Assembly: GCF_000315625.1 (NCBI RefSeq)
Contig: NW_005434533.1
Span: 98,044 to 162,043, forward strand
DNA: 64,000 nucleotides
Reading direction: 5' to 3'
Origin: Guillardia theta CCMP2712
Lineage: Eukaryota > Protista > Cryptophyta
Numbering within the stretch: position 1 is the first letter of the stretch; each line of letters opens with the position of its first letter. Made by a program: the position numbers and the translations under genes. Under the pieces are notes generated by a model. It saw only the letters and a list, made by a program, of their open reading frames with translations, was not told the DNA's origin and made no database searches. Below, piece after piece: positions 10,895 through 27,834 of this stretch.

Positions 10895-12307
10895 TCAAGA
10901 CGATGGGTTTGGGAATGTCAACTTTCTGCAACATCCACGAGCCTCGCTGGTAATCGCTCGAGAGCACTTTGGAGTTGAAGACCTCCTGCTCGTCACAGAT
11001 TTCAGTTCCATGATCACATCATTTCTTGTTATTCTTATTGGACCTGCTCTTGCGACGATTCGCTTTCCTTCAGTCTCCTCTGATGGAAAACCCTCGGGAT
11101 CAAGCACTTGGCACTGACAGTTGGAAAACTCCCCAGGCCGGCCACAACGCCAGAGGGCGTGAGCTAGTGGCAGTCAAAGGACAAACAGAAGAAATAGACT
11201 GCATCATGGGTCGCACCTGGACAGCTTTTCCTCCAGGAGCAATGTAGATCGTCGATTTGATAATGTCCAACGTCTCCATCCGCTCCTCCATCGCCATGAG
11301 GCGATTCTCCTGCTCAGCCGTCAAACATCATCACGTCATCTGAGCCATCGCGTCGCAACCTGCAGTCTGACAGCCGCAAGCATAGACTTCAACTTCTTGT
11401 TCTGGTGTACGTTAAACTTCCCCGACAAGCACTTGACGAACTTGTACCTTGGTTTTGCCGTCCTTGACGGCCGAGACCTTCTTGTTGAGTTCTTCAACCT
11501 TTGCTCGCTGTTTCACCAATTCTTGCTCCTGAGGACGGCAAGGAAGTCAGGACCCTTCCAGATCATCATCGCCTCCATCACCTTCTCCATGATCTCCCGA
11601 TAAATCTCGTTGCGAAGGAAAACTCCATCGATCTCCACAAGGAACGAAGTGCTCTTCAGATCCTCGTCCTTGGACACGCCATAGAACTTGTTGGCCGGCA
11701 CAGAGGTTATCGTGTGCTTGTCCTCCACCTCATTCTTGTTCCAATCCAATGATCGAGCGGCGCTGGACAGGCTTCGCCCTCGTGCTATTTGAGGGGTCTC
11801 AGGAACTTTCTCGGGGGACTGCTTACATAACCCTCAGCGCTCTTCCTCGCACGTCGTTCACGTACCTTTGAGCTGGATGGATTCGAAGTTCTGCCTCTCT
11901 TGCTGATCCCCTGGGAAGAAGACGTGTCCTCCTGCGAGCGTTTCGATCCTCGATTGAAAAGCAACCGCGGGGTAATGAAGGCCCCGCCGACATTCGGAGA
12001 CAAGGAGTCCGAGTCGGCCGGTGTTGAGGAAGGGAACGTGCGAGAGCGATATCTTCTCTGGCGCATCGCATCCGTACGCTCCTTGCCTGCTCAGCCAATC
12101 ATTCAGAACAACCCCACCCATGGCAGGACTGGCACCTGCTCCAGAAGTCATGGGCGTACCCCGGGTGAGGGTTGATGGGGCAGGTGTTTCAGGTGTGTGA
12201 ACCTCTTCATCCTGGATCACTTGCTGTGTTCTTGCCCTGGTTGTCCTCCCCTCTCTCACGCTAGCACGCGCCCCCTCCTCCTTGCTTCCTGTACCCTTGC
12301 CGCGCAT
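10895..12307 (-). CDS. Hypothetical protein with S/TP-rich N-terminus and coiled coil, multi-exon
   Basis: ~50 nt GT-AG introns join MRGKGTGSKEE..., ...FLVEIDGVFLRNEIYREIMEK and EQELVKQRAKVEELNKK. The 3' end is uncertain. Confidence 0.5.
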
Positions 12308-12566
12308 AGCACTGCCTGTTGGGACTTTCCTTTTTCGGCAAGTCGGGTTACGTGACGCCGGGTAGCCCGGCTGTACCGACTCGCGGCGCCTGGCTCCAGT
12401 AACTGATCCGCCGATGGCCCGGCGTGATAGGCCCACGCCCGGCCCTTCACGAGTCACTGCCGGGATCTCATATGACCGCCGCCGGACCGTGACGGTCGCT
12501 GCCAGCGGTCCGATAACTTGGCATGATGGCCCCCGCATCGGGCCGCGCCGGGCCCGGCCCGGGCTG

Positions 12567-13268
12567 ATGGATTGATGGAACGTATGCCAGCCGTGCCAGT
12601 CAGATAGCGCCGAGTTAACAAAAACTCTCCTGTAAACCAAGACGACTTACGTGGCAGGCGGCAATGTAGTACATGTGACGAAGAGGAGGCCTTCCTAGCC
12701 GTCTTGCTAAGGTCCCCTCATGTCTGGATGCTTGGGTTTCACTTCCTAGCATACAGTCTATCTCTCATGTGCTCCTCAATTCTGGTTTCGTGTGCATTAA
12801 ACTCGGTCTTGAGCAAAAACTGTCTTGTTGAGATTAAGGTCGATGTGATATCTGCGTGACTTTGGACTAGTACAAGTCTAACAAACTTGTATTCCGTCAT
12901 GGATTGTGACGGAGCACTGGCAACTTAGTTGCCACTGCCGTTAGACTTGTACTGTGCCAAAGTTGAATTGCTCAAGCACAAAAACAGAATTGAGGAGCAC
13001 ATGAGAGATAGACTAGTATGCCAGTGCTAGGATACCAGTGACTTGAACCCAAGCATCCAGACAAGCCTCCGAGGGAAAACCCCCGGCTGCATCGTCCCAC
13101 TATCATACTACATGGCCGCCTTGTTCGGAGTCACGCCGTAACGATCGGGCATCGTCTTGGAGAGTTTGTTAACTCGGGACTACAGCCTGGGACTCGGAGT
13201 TTTGTTACTACAAGAGAGTTTTGCCAGTTGCTATCTGACTGGCACGGTTGGCATCATCGGCGATCCAT
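12567..13268. repeat. ~700 bp imperfect inverted repeat (foldback) with two small hairpins at the apex
   Basis: Paired blocks: 12584-12608/13230-13254, 12610-12630/13159-13177, 12721-12738/13046-13063, 12755-12784/12985-13014 (30 bp perfect) and 12869-12882/12940-12953. Confidence 0.9.
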
Positions 13269-15036
13269 CCGAACTGCGGCCGGCAAGTTCAACGGTTGCC
13301 AGTTTATGAAGTCACTCACGGTAGGGTACTGAAAGTGAACTTGAAGCGCGCGATCATCGGATCATACTAGCCTATCTCTGAACAAAAATCTAACTTGAGA
13401 CTTACTTGACTTGGGCTCTATATTACCGTACCGCGGCGGCTTCTGGCAGTCTGGCAGCCCGCCGGGCCCGCCCGTAATCACGGTACCGTAGTACGGTAGT
13501 GGTAGTACCGTGGGCCGGATGTATGGCCGGGCAGTCCGATCATCCGGCGGGCCGGGCCCAGTGCCGATCCGTCGGATCCGATCGGACCGGGCCCCGCCCG
13601 CCGGGGCCGGCCCGGCGGTCTGCTGATCAGATAATCGGCCGGCGGCGTGACCGTCAGCTGCCGGGCCGCCCCTGGGAGGCCCGCCAGCCGCTCACGGTTG
13701 CCAACTCCGACTTTAGATGCCATCGGATGGCCCGGCGGCCCGGGCCCCGCCGCGCCCGCGCATCCCGGCCCGACGGTTGGGTGCCCGGCCAGTCACGGTG
13801 TGACCTCGCGCCGCCGGCCGGGGCCGGAGACATCAGGCGGCAAAGCGGGGACGAGGGGCACTGATGGGGGAGGGGTTCCAGTAAAAGGTTGATAGAGAGT
13901 CGTAGAGGGAGGCATTGAGGCAGTCATTTGAGGGGGGATGAGAAATGCTCCCAAGAGGGGTAGGGGTAGTCCTCCTAACGTCTCTCTCACCTCCCAAAGA
14001 AGGGGAGGGGTGTCATCATGTACCCTCAGTTTGCGCGAAATAATCGTATAAAAAGTTGGGTAGGGTACTGTTTTGTATGTCTTGGGGTCCCTGATAAGAT
14101 AAGGCAAGGGGGTGGGGTGAACCTGGTCTTTGAGGTAGTCATGGGGAGACGTAGGAAAAAGAGTAAAAAGAACCAAAAAAACTTTTAAAAAAGACACGGC
14201 TAGATCGATAGGGGTAGTTTCATGGTGTAGTAAGGGGTACTCTTGAGCCATGGTCGAAAAGGAGTGTTTTAATTGTTGACCAAAAAAAAAAGGAGTCTTT
14301 CGCAATGCCGGCTCTGCTCCAGTTCTTGAAATTTGAATATAAACTTTCAAAATTTCAAGTAAAATTTCTCCATTACTTATCTTTTTGCTCGGACAGTCAC
14401 CTACGCCCCGTCGATTGTATCAGTGCGGTAAGGGTCCGGCCCTATACTGCAGGTACCACTGATTTGGGTGGGGGTTGTTCCTTCCGGTCTATGAGGGGGT
14501 AGGGTAGTCTTGCAGTTCCTTGCCAGGGGGGTTCTCCATCAGATCGGGGATCGAACTCGCAAACGGTGGGATCTCCCGGTAGTAACTGGCAATCCTGGGG
14601 TCGTTGTTAGGTTCATTAAGTTCGAGTGGGGGTAGGGTCATTGTGGCAGAGCTCGTGACCAGGGGTGGGTTGGGGTGGACTTTTGGAGGGCCCCTGACGT
14701 CCCAACAGCCTGGAGACAACCAGGGTGTACGGCATGTTGATAGGACCGGTGGTTGGACACGGGTGCTTTAATTATAGGGGCTGTGACCAAGAACGGGTGG
14801 GGTGCCACGGGGGTAGTAACGGATGGGGTAAAAGGTGGGTGGGTAGTGGGGCGAGGGGATGTAGAGGAGACGCTGGCGCCTTGTTTTTCCAGCCATCTCC
14901 CTCCTCTCCCAATCGCTCTTTCCTCGGAAGACCCCCCACGGACCTCTCCCCTCGCAGGTTCCAAGGCTCTCCCTCCTCCTCCCCTCCCTTGATAGCGAGC
15001 TCCAACTCCTTCAACTTGAGTTGTTCAACAGAAAGT

Positions 15037-16680
15037 ATGCGTGTAGCTCTCGCCCTCTTGGCGATCCTGTCCGCCACGGTGGATGCAAGGAAATGTGATG
15101 TGTGCTGGTTGACATCCCTGCAATGTACCCCGCCCACAGGCACTCCATCCGCTGGAAAGCCAATTGCAACCACGAACTGCAACTTCGGATACAGTGATGG
15201 GTCCTTCTCAAAAGATGATACCGACAACGGTTTGGAGCCTCTCAGCTACCAGGTCGCAATGTACACCGGCTGCGGCAAGGGTGCCACCGACCCTGCCTAT
15301 TGCAATGCGACTTCGAGCGCGATGAAAGCGAAGATGGTCTTTGGAAGTGATGGAAGCAGTCTCAGTTATGCTGCTACCATTCCATACATCGACCATAGCA
15401 AGGGTGTTCGCCTCTTCTCCCTTGCGGCTGTTGGCAGCGACATTCAGATGGTTGAGCTGAGCTTTCCCAGACCTGACTCTAAGACCAACAAGCTCTCTTC
15501 ATGGAAAGGAAAGGATGTCACTGACTCCAACAAGGTCCTCATACCCTCCACTGAGCCACTTGCTGCCATCCAGGCTGGAAGCTTGTCCACCTGGTGCACA
15601 TTCCTCGGAGCAAGCGGAAACTGGTTGATCGAGAGCAGGGTGGAGATTAACATCCAGGCGACTGTGCTCTACCGCTATGCTGTTGGTCAGATCCCTAAAA
15701 TCACTGCCACATATGCCATGCCTGACAAGAAGACCCTCTACGTGGCAAACGACAAGTACTTGTTCATGTTTGTTTCCGATCATGCCAAGGATCTCACGTC
15801 CGGGCATCTCTATGTTGCTAAGATGGGCTCCAAGGACGTGAAGTGGCTCGACATGGGCAAAACCAATGCTACTGCCGTCAAGGATGAGATGAAGAAGGGC
15901 CTGAAATTCGATGACTACAAGTCCTCGGGCAAGATCAAGGCTGGTATGGAGGGAGTTGCTTCCAGGTTGTTCCCCGAAGATTATGCAAGCATGCTTGGCG
16001 CCACCGAAATGAGCGGAATCACTGGTTTGACTTACAACATGGACGACAAGGGCGCCACTGGCAAGGAGGCTGCTCTCGGTGCATTCTTTGTGTCGTTTGC
16101 TGGAAGCATGAAGAGCTCGGCCTTTGGAGGTACTGATCAGACTTGCGGTACCATCTACAAGTTCGACGTTGGATCTCTCACCACCTGCGATCTCTCTGGA
16201 GCCAAGTGCACTTCTGATGAGAAGAAGAAGGCCAAGGCCGTCTGCTCTCTCGGTCTCAAGACCTTCGAGCCGGACTTTGTCGCTGGTGGCTCTTGCAAGA
16301 AGATCCAGGACCCGATCTACATCAACTTCGCCTCCTACCACAACATGCTCTTCGTCGCCGACTCCAAGTCCAAGGTCTGGGCCGTCGACTTCAGTGGAAA
16401 CGGCATCTCGCAGGAGCCTGTCCTCATCTTCGAGGCTGTAGGAAACATTGCCGGAATCACCTGGCTCAGCAACCTCGTTGGAGATGGCCGCTCCTATCTG
16501 TCAATCAACGTCGGAGATGCTAAGACCGGAAACAGCTACATTGGCTACCTCGGTCCGTTCACTCTCAAGGGATACATGTCTGGATCCTACGACGTGCTTC
16601 ACAACATCGGCTGCCCCATCCGCGGCAAAGATGACTACTTGTACGAAGCTACCAAGTATGTCGACCCTGTAGTGCAGTAA
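15037..16680 (+). CDS. Secreted PhoX/DUF839-like beta-propeller protein, apparently degenerate; intronless
   Basis: Signal peptide MRVALALLAILSATVDA. MPDKKTLYVANDKYLFMFVSDHAKDLTSGHLYVAK and GMEGVASRLFPEDYASMLGATE resemble the algal PhoX consensus. Third codon positions are strongly C/G-biased in the 3' half. Confidence 0.65.
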   Translation: MRVALALLAILSATVDARKCDVCWLTSLQCTPPTGTPSAGKPIATTNCNFGYSDGSFSKDDTDNGLEPLSYQVAMYTGCGKGATDPAYCNATSSAMKAKMVFGSDGSSLSYAATIPYIDHSKGVRLFSLAAVGSDIQMVELSFPRPDSKTNKLSSWKGKDVTDSNKVLIPSTEPLAAIQAGSLSTWCTFLGASGNWLIESRVEINIQATVLYRYAVGQIPKITATYAMPDKKTLYVANDKYLFMFVSDHAKDLTSGHLYVAKMGSKDVKWLDMGKTNATAVKDEMKKGLKFDDYKSSGKIKAGMEGVASRLFPEDYASMLGATEMSGITGLTYNMDDKGATGKEAALGAFFVSFAGSMKSSAFGGTDQTCGTIYKFDVGSLTTCDLSGAKCTSDEKKKAKAVCSLGLKTFEPDFVAGGSCKKIQDPIYINFASYHNMLFVADSKSKVWAVDFSGNGISQEPVLIFEAVGNIAGITWLSNLVGDGRSYLSINVGDAKTGNSYIGYLGPFTLKGYMSGSYDVLHNIGCPIRGKDDYLYEATKYVDPVVQ

Positions 16681-17940
16681 TGCTGGCAAGTCTTTTGTAT
16701 GTAATTTTCAAGATCTGTTTGTGAGAGACTTGAAAAATGTTTGTTTGTTGAATATATTTCGTTATTCTCAACTTCTCCATTCAATCTTCAACCGCGCTCA
16801 ATATTTGAGTTGCTTTTGCTAGTTTGCCTCACAATCCAAACACGATATCAGCGCACGAATATACAATCATCTCACATGATTGAGTGAAGTATGTGCCTTG
16901 TCCTCTGGCAGCTTCTCCTTCACTGTCATCTGGGATACCTGCTGCCGATCTCATTCCTCGTTTTCCATCTTTCTTGACTCTTTCCCACCATGTGAATGTA
17001 GCTTCACACTTGTGTCAATATGTCAGTCACGTGCTGTGCTGATAACTCCCGTCTCCTCCTCGACTACCTCGCGATCGCCTTACATGACTTGCGAGGAGTA
17101 GTTGGAGAGTTGAAGCCGGAGAGATTCAGGACCGGGCAGTGGCATACTTGGTCGTGCTTTCCTACGAGCAATCCTTATGAAAGGAAGCATTAAGAAGGAA
17201 CGGGAAGCAGGGGACAGAGAAAAGGTGGAACAGAGGAGCGAGTAGGAAGAGAATACTCATGGGGGGGGGGCTGCGAGGAGGGAATGTAGACAGTGGCAGT
17301 GTCGAAATCGACAATCCATGGAGACGAGAAGAGCGAGATGCTGATGGCAAGAAGTAGTTGTGATGGGGGAGGTTGAGCAGAGGTGGTGGAGGAGAGGCAG
17401 GGATAAGAGGACAACAAGAGGATGAGGAGGATGAGGTAGCAAGAGGAGACAGAGGACGGGAAGACAGCATCGAAAGGAAGGGAGGAGGGGATAGCACTTT
17501 GACTTGACTTGTTGTTTCTTGTACATCTCCAGTTTCCTACAAAATCATTACCCCTACCCCCTATTTCATGGTCTAATCAACGGGTGCTGTTACATCCCAC
17601 ATAAAAGCTCACCGTCCTCCTTTCGCGCCTGTTCCTCATCTGGTTATCTTGCCTCCTGCCTCTGCTTCCTCCCTATCCTATCCTCTTGCCTGCCTTCCCT
17701 TCCGCTCTCAACCCTCCCTCCTCTCCTCTTGTTGCTTCTCCCTTGCTTGCTTCGGTACCCTCTTCCTTTCATCTCCTTGCTCGCTCGTTCGTTCAAGTCT
17801 CGTCTCTCGTCTCCTTGCGGTCTGCCGTTCTCTGTCATCCTCCTCTGGTCTTCTGCTCTCTTCTTCATTCCTCCCTCTCCTTCATGCACACGAAGCCATG
17901 ATCGTTCAACGTGTAGTATGCATGGGTTGAATCCAAGGAC

Positions 17941-23928
<5,988 letters not shown>

Positions 23929-24005
23929 GAGGGAGGAGGGAGGGAGAGACGAGAGAAAGAGGGGGGAGGTGAAGAGGGAGAGAGGGAGAGAGAGAAGAGA
24001 GAAAG

Positions 24006-24036
<31 letters not shown>

Positions 24037-24369
24037 AGAGGTAGAGGTAGAGGTAGAGGGAGAGGGAGAGGGAGGAGGGAGGTGGAGGAGGGGGGGGGGA
24101 GCAGGAATCTTGAGGATCAGATCTGTTCGAACTTGCTCGTTCTATTGACATTATTGGGGGATGGGAGGATTATCGGTAAACATTGTTTGCCTTCAACTCC
24201 TCCACTTCCTCCCCTTCTCCTGCCTGTCCTCCGGTTTCACGGTACCTTCTTCCTACTTCCTCCTTCTGTTTTACAGTCAAATCGTTTTGTACAGCATCCC
24301 GCAAACCTCTACTCTATTCCGCTCCTGCCCCTGCCCCTCCCTCTTCTCGTGCTCCTCGTACTCCTTCTC

Positions 24370-24372
<3 letters not shown>

Positions 24373-24426
<54 letters not shown>
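24373..24426. repeat. (CTG)n microsatellite immediately after a stop codon
   Basis: Directly visible. Confidence 0.95.
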
Positions 24427-24427
<1 letters not shown>

Positions 24428-24428
<1 letters not shown>

Positions 24429-25570
24429 CACGCCCATCCTTTCTGGTGGAATCCCATCCCGGTGTCTTCGAAGGGCAGTGCCACGTCATCATCAATGTCT
24501 TCCTGCAGCTCCCAGCAGTCGACCGCCTCTGCTCCATAGCCGATGCCTGCAGAAAGATCAAAATGCGCATGTGGAGGAAAGAAATTGATCCACGTCATTA
24601 TCATCATCTATCAGATTCATCACCACCATTTTCTTCTTTTCCTTCATAATCATCTTCTATACCATCATCACCACCACCACCACCACCATTACTGTTCCAA
24701 ACATCTCTAAGATGGTCGTGAAGTTTTCTTCTATCGCCATCATCAAAATCATCTACCTCCTCCGAGCGAAGGGATGGGTCGTTGACTCGGATACACATCA
24801 AGCACCTGATAAGGAAGGTGTATCATCATCCAGAAGGAAGAAAAATCATGCTATCAACAAAGATGACTGAGCACGTGGTGGCGATGGTGGTGGATGATGA
24901 GGGAGGAGGGAGGGAGGAACGGACGTGGAGGGGGTGAGGAGATAGGAGGAGGGGGCGAGGAGAAAGGAGGAGATGTGTGGGGGCAGGAGCGCATCAAATA
25001 TTGCTGCAAATTGAGAAGGAGCAAGAAACTATCATCATCGCATACACTCACCCGGACAATGTTCGCCTCGTCAAGAGTGAAAGGAGCCACCCTTGAGTCC
25101 GCGTACCTGCCGAGTTCTGTCAAACAACAGGCAGGAGCAAGGAGGCAAGCGTACAACTCTTTGCTTCCCTGCTCCCGAACACAGAGCAGCTGTACCACGA
25201 GACTGTCTGCATCGATCAAAGCTGCCAACCCCTTCGTCTTGGGCTCGTGCTGGAGCAGGAGATGCTCTGGAAGAAGAATTTCGAGGCAATCCTTCTCGAA
25301 CAATTCTTGTGATGCCATGGAAAACGAGAGCCTCCTCGGTGACTGCCACAGATCTGCGAAGCATGACCTCCTGCTCGCGCATGGCGATCGTGCCCCCAGT
25401 GCCCTGCCCACGGACAAGCGGTGATGGCTGATCCTGCTCGGGAGCAGGCAGCTCGTAGAGACGAACATCAAGGAGGAGTAAGAGGGAGAAGCCAAAGGGA
25501 CGGCAAGAGCATGCGAGAGGAGGAGGAGGAGGAGGAGGAGGAGGAGGAGGAATGGAAACCCTTCCACCAT
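24428..25570 (-). CDS. Hypothetical protein with bipartite (probably plastid) leader, multi-exon
   Basis: Poly-Leu signal peptide and a Ser/Arg-rich transit-like stretch. Last exon GIGYGAEAVDCWELQEDIDDDVALPFEDTGMGFHQKGWA*. Confidence 0.6.
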
Positions 25571-25696
25571 GGGCGCAAACCTCGGGGGATATAAAAGTGG
25601 GAATGAGGGGGGACGGGGGCTACTATGATGCTGGGAGTGAGGGAGGATGAGGGCTGACGGAGTGGCAATTTTGCGAAAGGTCAGCCCGGTTCCGCC

Positions 25697-27570
25697 ATGG
25701 CGTACGGAGACCTGGAGAGGCGCAGGACGCGCGTGTTTGCGATGGCAGGAGGCTCCTTCCTCATTGCCCTGGCATGCCTGAACATGATGGCAAGCTTCAA
25801 GAGCACGAGGACGACCATGCTCAAGTCCAAGGTCCCTTGCTGCTCTCCATCTCTGTCTCGGTCCCTTCCTCTCCTCCCGATCGACTGCAGATCAGCTGCA
25901 TCTCCGGCTCCTGCTGCTCCCATGTGTTATCATTCCCGCTCTTATCAGATTCTCCTTTGTATGCCTGCCATTCATGTTCTTGGTTGCTCGCAGATGGACC
26001 CGTACGTGAGCTCCCGCGCTGCCAGGAGTGATCTCAACAGCTACTTCGACAAGCTGCCAGTTCACAAGGGCAAGAGGTGAGAAGCCCTTGCAACGATCTC
26101 CTCCTCACTTGCTTCCAGGATGGGCATCTCTGCTCGTCGTGCCCGCATGCAGCTGAACAGCATCTTCCAGCAAGGTGAGCGTTGCTCCTTGCTTTCTCGA
26201 GGCCTCGCATGATTTTCTCTAGACCCTTCTGTGATGCATCAGGCGAAGGCTCTCAACCAGAGAGTGAGGAGGCAGGTGGTTCAGGACCTTGCCTTCAGCT
26301 CCAAGAACGCCAAGGACGACATCGACTCCTACTTCGATTCGATGCAGCCCGAGACGCACAAGTACTCCTACCACCACCACCAGCACGACAAGTCTGATGC
26401 CGATGAGGTCCAGTGTGCTTGCTGCCTCTCGTCTCTGATGGGAAGAACAGGGCTTGAGCCACGCTCAGCTCCAGGAGAGACTCGTCAAGTTCAAGAAGCA
26501 GAACCCTGAGTTCGCCAAGAAGGTGGAGGAGGTTGACCACAGCGCTCTCGTGCTGCCCATGGACTTATCCGCATGCTTCCAGGCGCATGCGATGTGGATG
26601 AAGAACCACAAGGCTCCTCCTAAGACGATGAAGGAGAAGAAGGAATACGGCGTGCTCCTGAACAAGGTTGTCTCTCCTTTTCCCCCCTCTCGCCTCATCA
26701 TCTTGCAGTACGTCGGAGACATGGCGGCGATTCTTTCGGGCAAAGAGGCACCCCAGCCAGCCAAGGCTTCCAAGCCAGCCAAGGCTAGCCTCAAGTCCCA
26801 GGCGTTCAAGGCCTACATGGCACAGCATCCTGATACCAAGAAGAAGTTCATGAAGGTAAGATACAAGGAGGACGAGTGGGAAGAAAAGTACTTGGAGGGC
26901 GAAAGGAGGGAGATGGAGAGGAGGACATAAACAAGAATGTGACGATGTTGGCAGGCTCAGGGAATTTTCTTGAAGAAGTATGGTCACTTGCCGCAGAACG
27001 ATGGAGAGAAGCAAACGTTCAAGGCTCTGCTCAAGAAGTACGTCGGACATCTCGACATCTCGGTTAAGAAGACGCTTGGCAAGGGTAAGAGGCCTGGAGG
27101 GACTTGACAGGCATGGAGTATGGCGAGTGAGGTGGAAGGGTGGAGGGATCAGGGAGAGGAACTCTCAGGGATGGGGGGATTCATGTCTTGCCATCCGCTC
27201 ATGTTCCCCGACAGATTCCGCGGACGTGAAGTCTGGAGCTGACGACAGCACCGCCAGCAAGGTGCGAGGAGGAGGAGGCAAAGGTTGCTGGCTCGAGCAT
27301 GCTGATCGTTTAGCGCAGGTGGACGATGAGACGAAGCAGAAGATGTTGAAGACGATGGAGAAGAAGGACCCAACACTCCAGCAGAAGCTCAAAGAGGTCG
27401 GACGAGGTGTAGTTCGTGATGTGCCTGACATGCTCTTGAAGGCCCACGACGTCTGGATCAAGACCGGCCATAAGGGACCCCCCAAGAATGCAGAGGAGGA
27501 GAAGCAGTACAGGAAGCTCCTCGACCAGATGGTCGGCGAGGAGAGGACCAAGGCTGTCAAGTCCATGTAA
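25697..27570 (+). CDS. Type II membrane-anchored, Lys-rich repeat protein (lineage-specific), multi-exon
   Basis: N-terminal anchor VFAMAGGSFLIALACLNMMA, three SxxxARxDLxSYFD-like motifs and three ~50 aa helical repeats. Ends KAVKSM*. Confidence 0.75.
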
Positions 27571-27671
27571 ACATTGAGATCCTTTACTTGGCTCTCCCCC
27601 TATTCCTCCCCTGCTACCCGCCTCCTCGCCCTCGGGCACTTGTGCGCCAGTGTTAACTCCCCCCAACGTCG

Positions 27672-27758
27672 TCATGTCTTCTTGCCACCCTTTATCCCAC
27701 CCAGCACGCCAGTGTGGGCTGGACGGAGTTTGCGCAGTTCCTACAAAGTTGATCAGGG

Positions 27759-27834
<76 letters not shown>

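Noticed and set aside
10895-12307. Gene next to the foldback as its transposase or Rep
   Set aside because: No DDE, HUH, RT or helicase motifs are visible, and the gene lies outside the repeat arms.
13478-13892. Arg/Pro/Gly-rich ORFs in CCGG islands
   Set aside because: Stop codons are scarce because of extreme GC content, and there are no domain motifs.
14725-15036. N-terminal 104 aa of the 651 aa ORF
   Set aside because: It has a GTG start and runs through the GGGGT promoter field; the signal peptide begins at ATG 15037.
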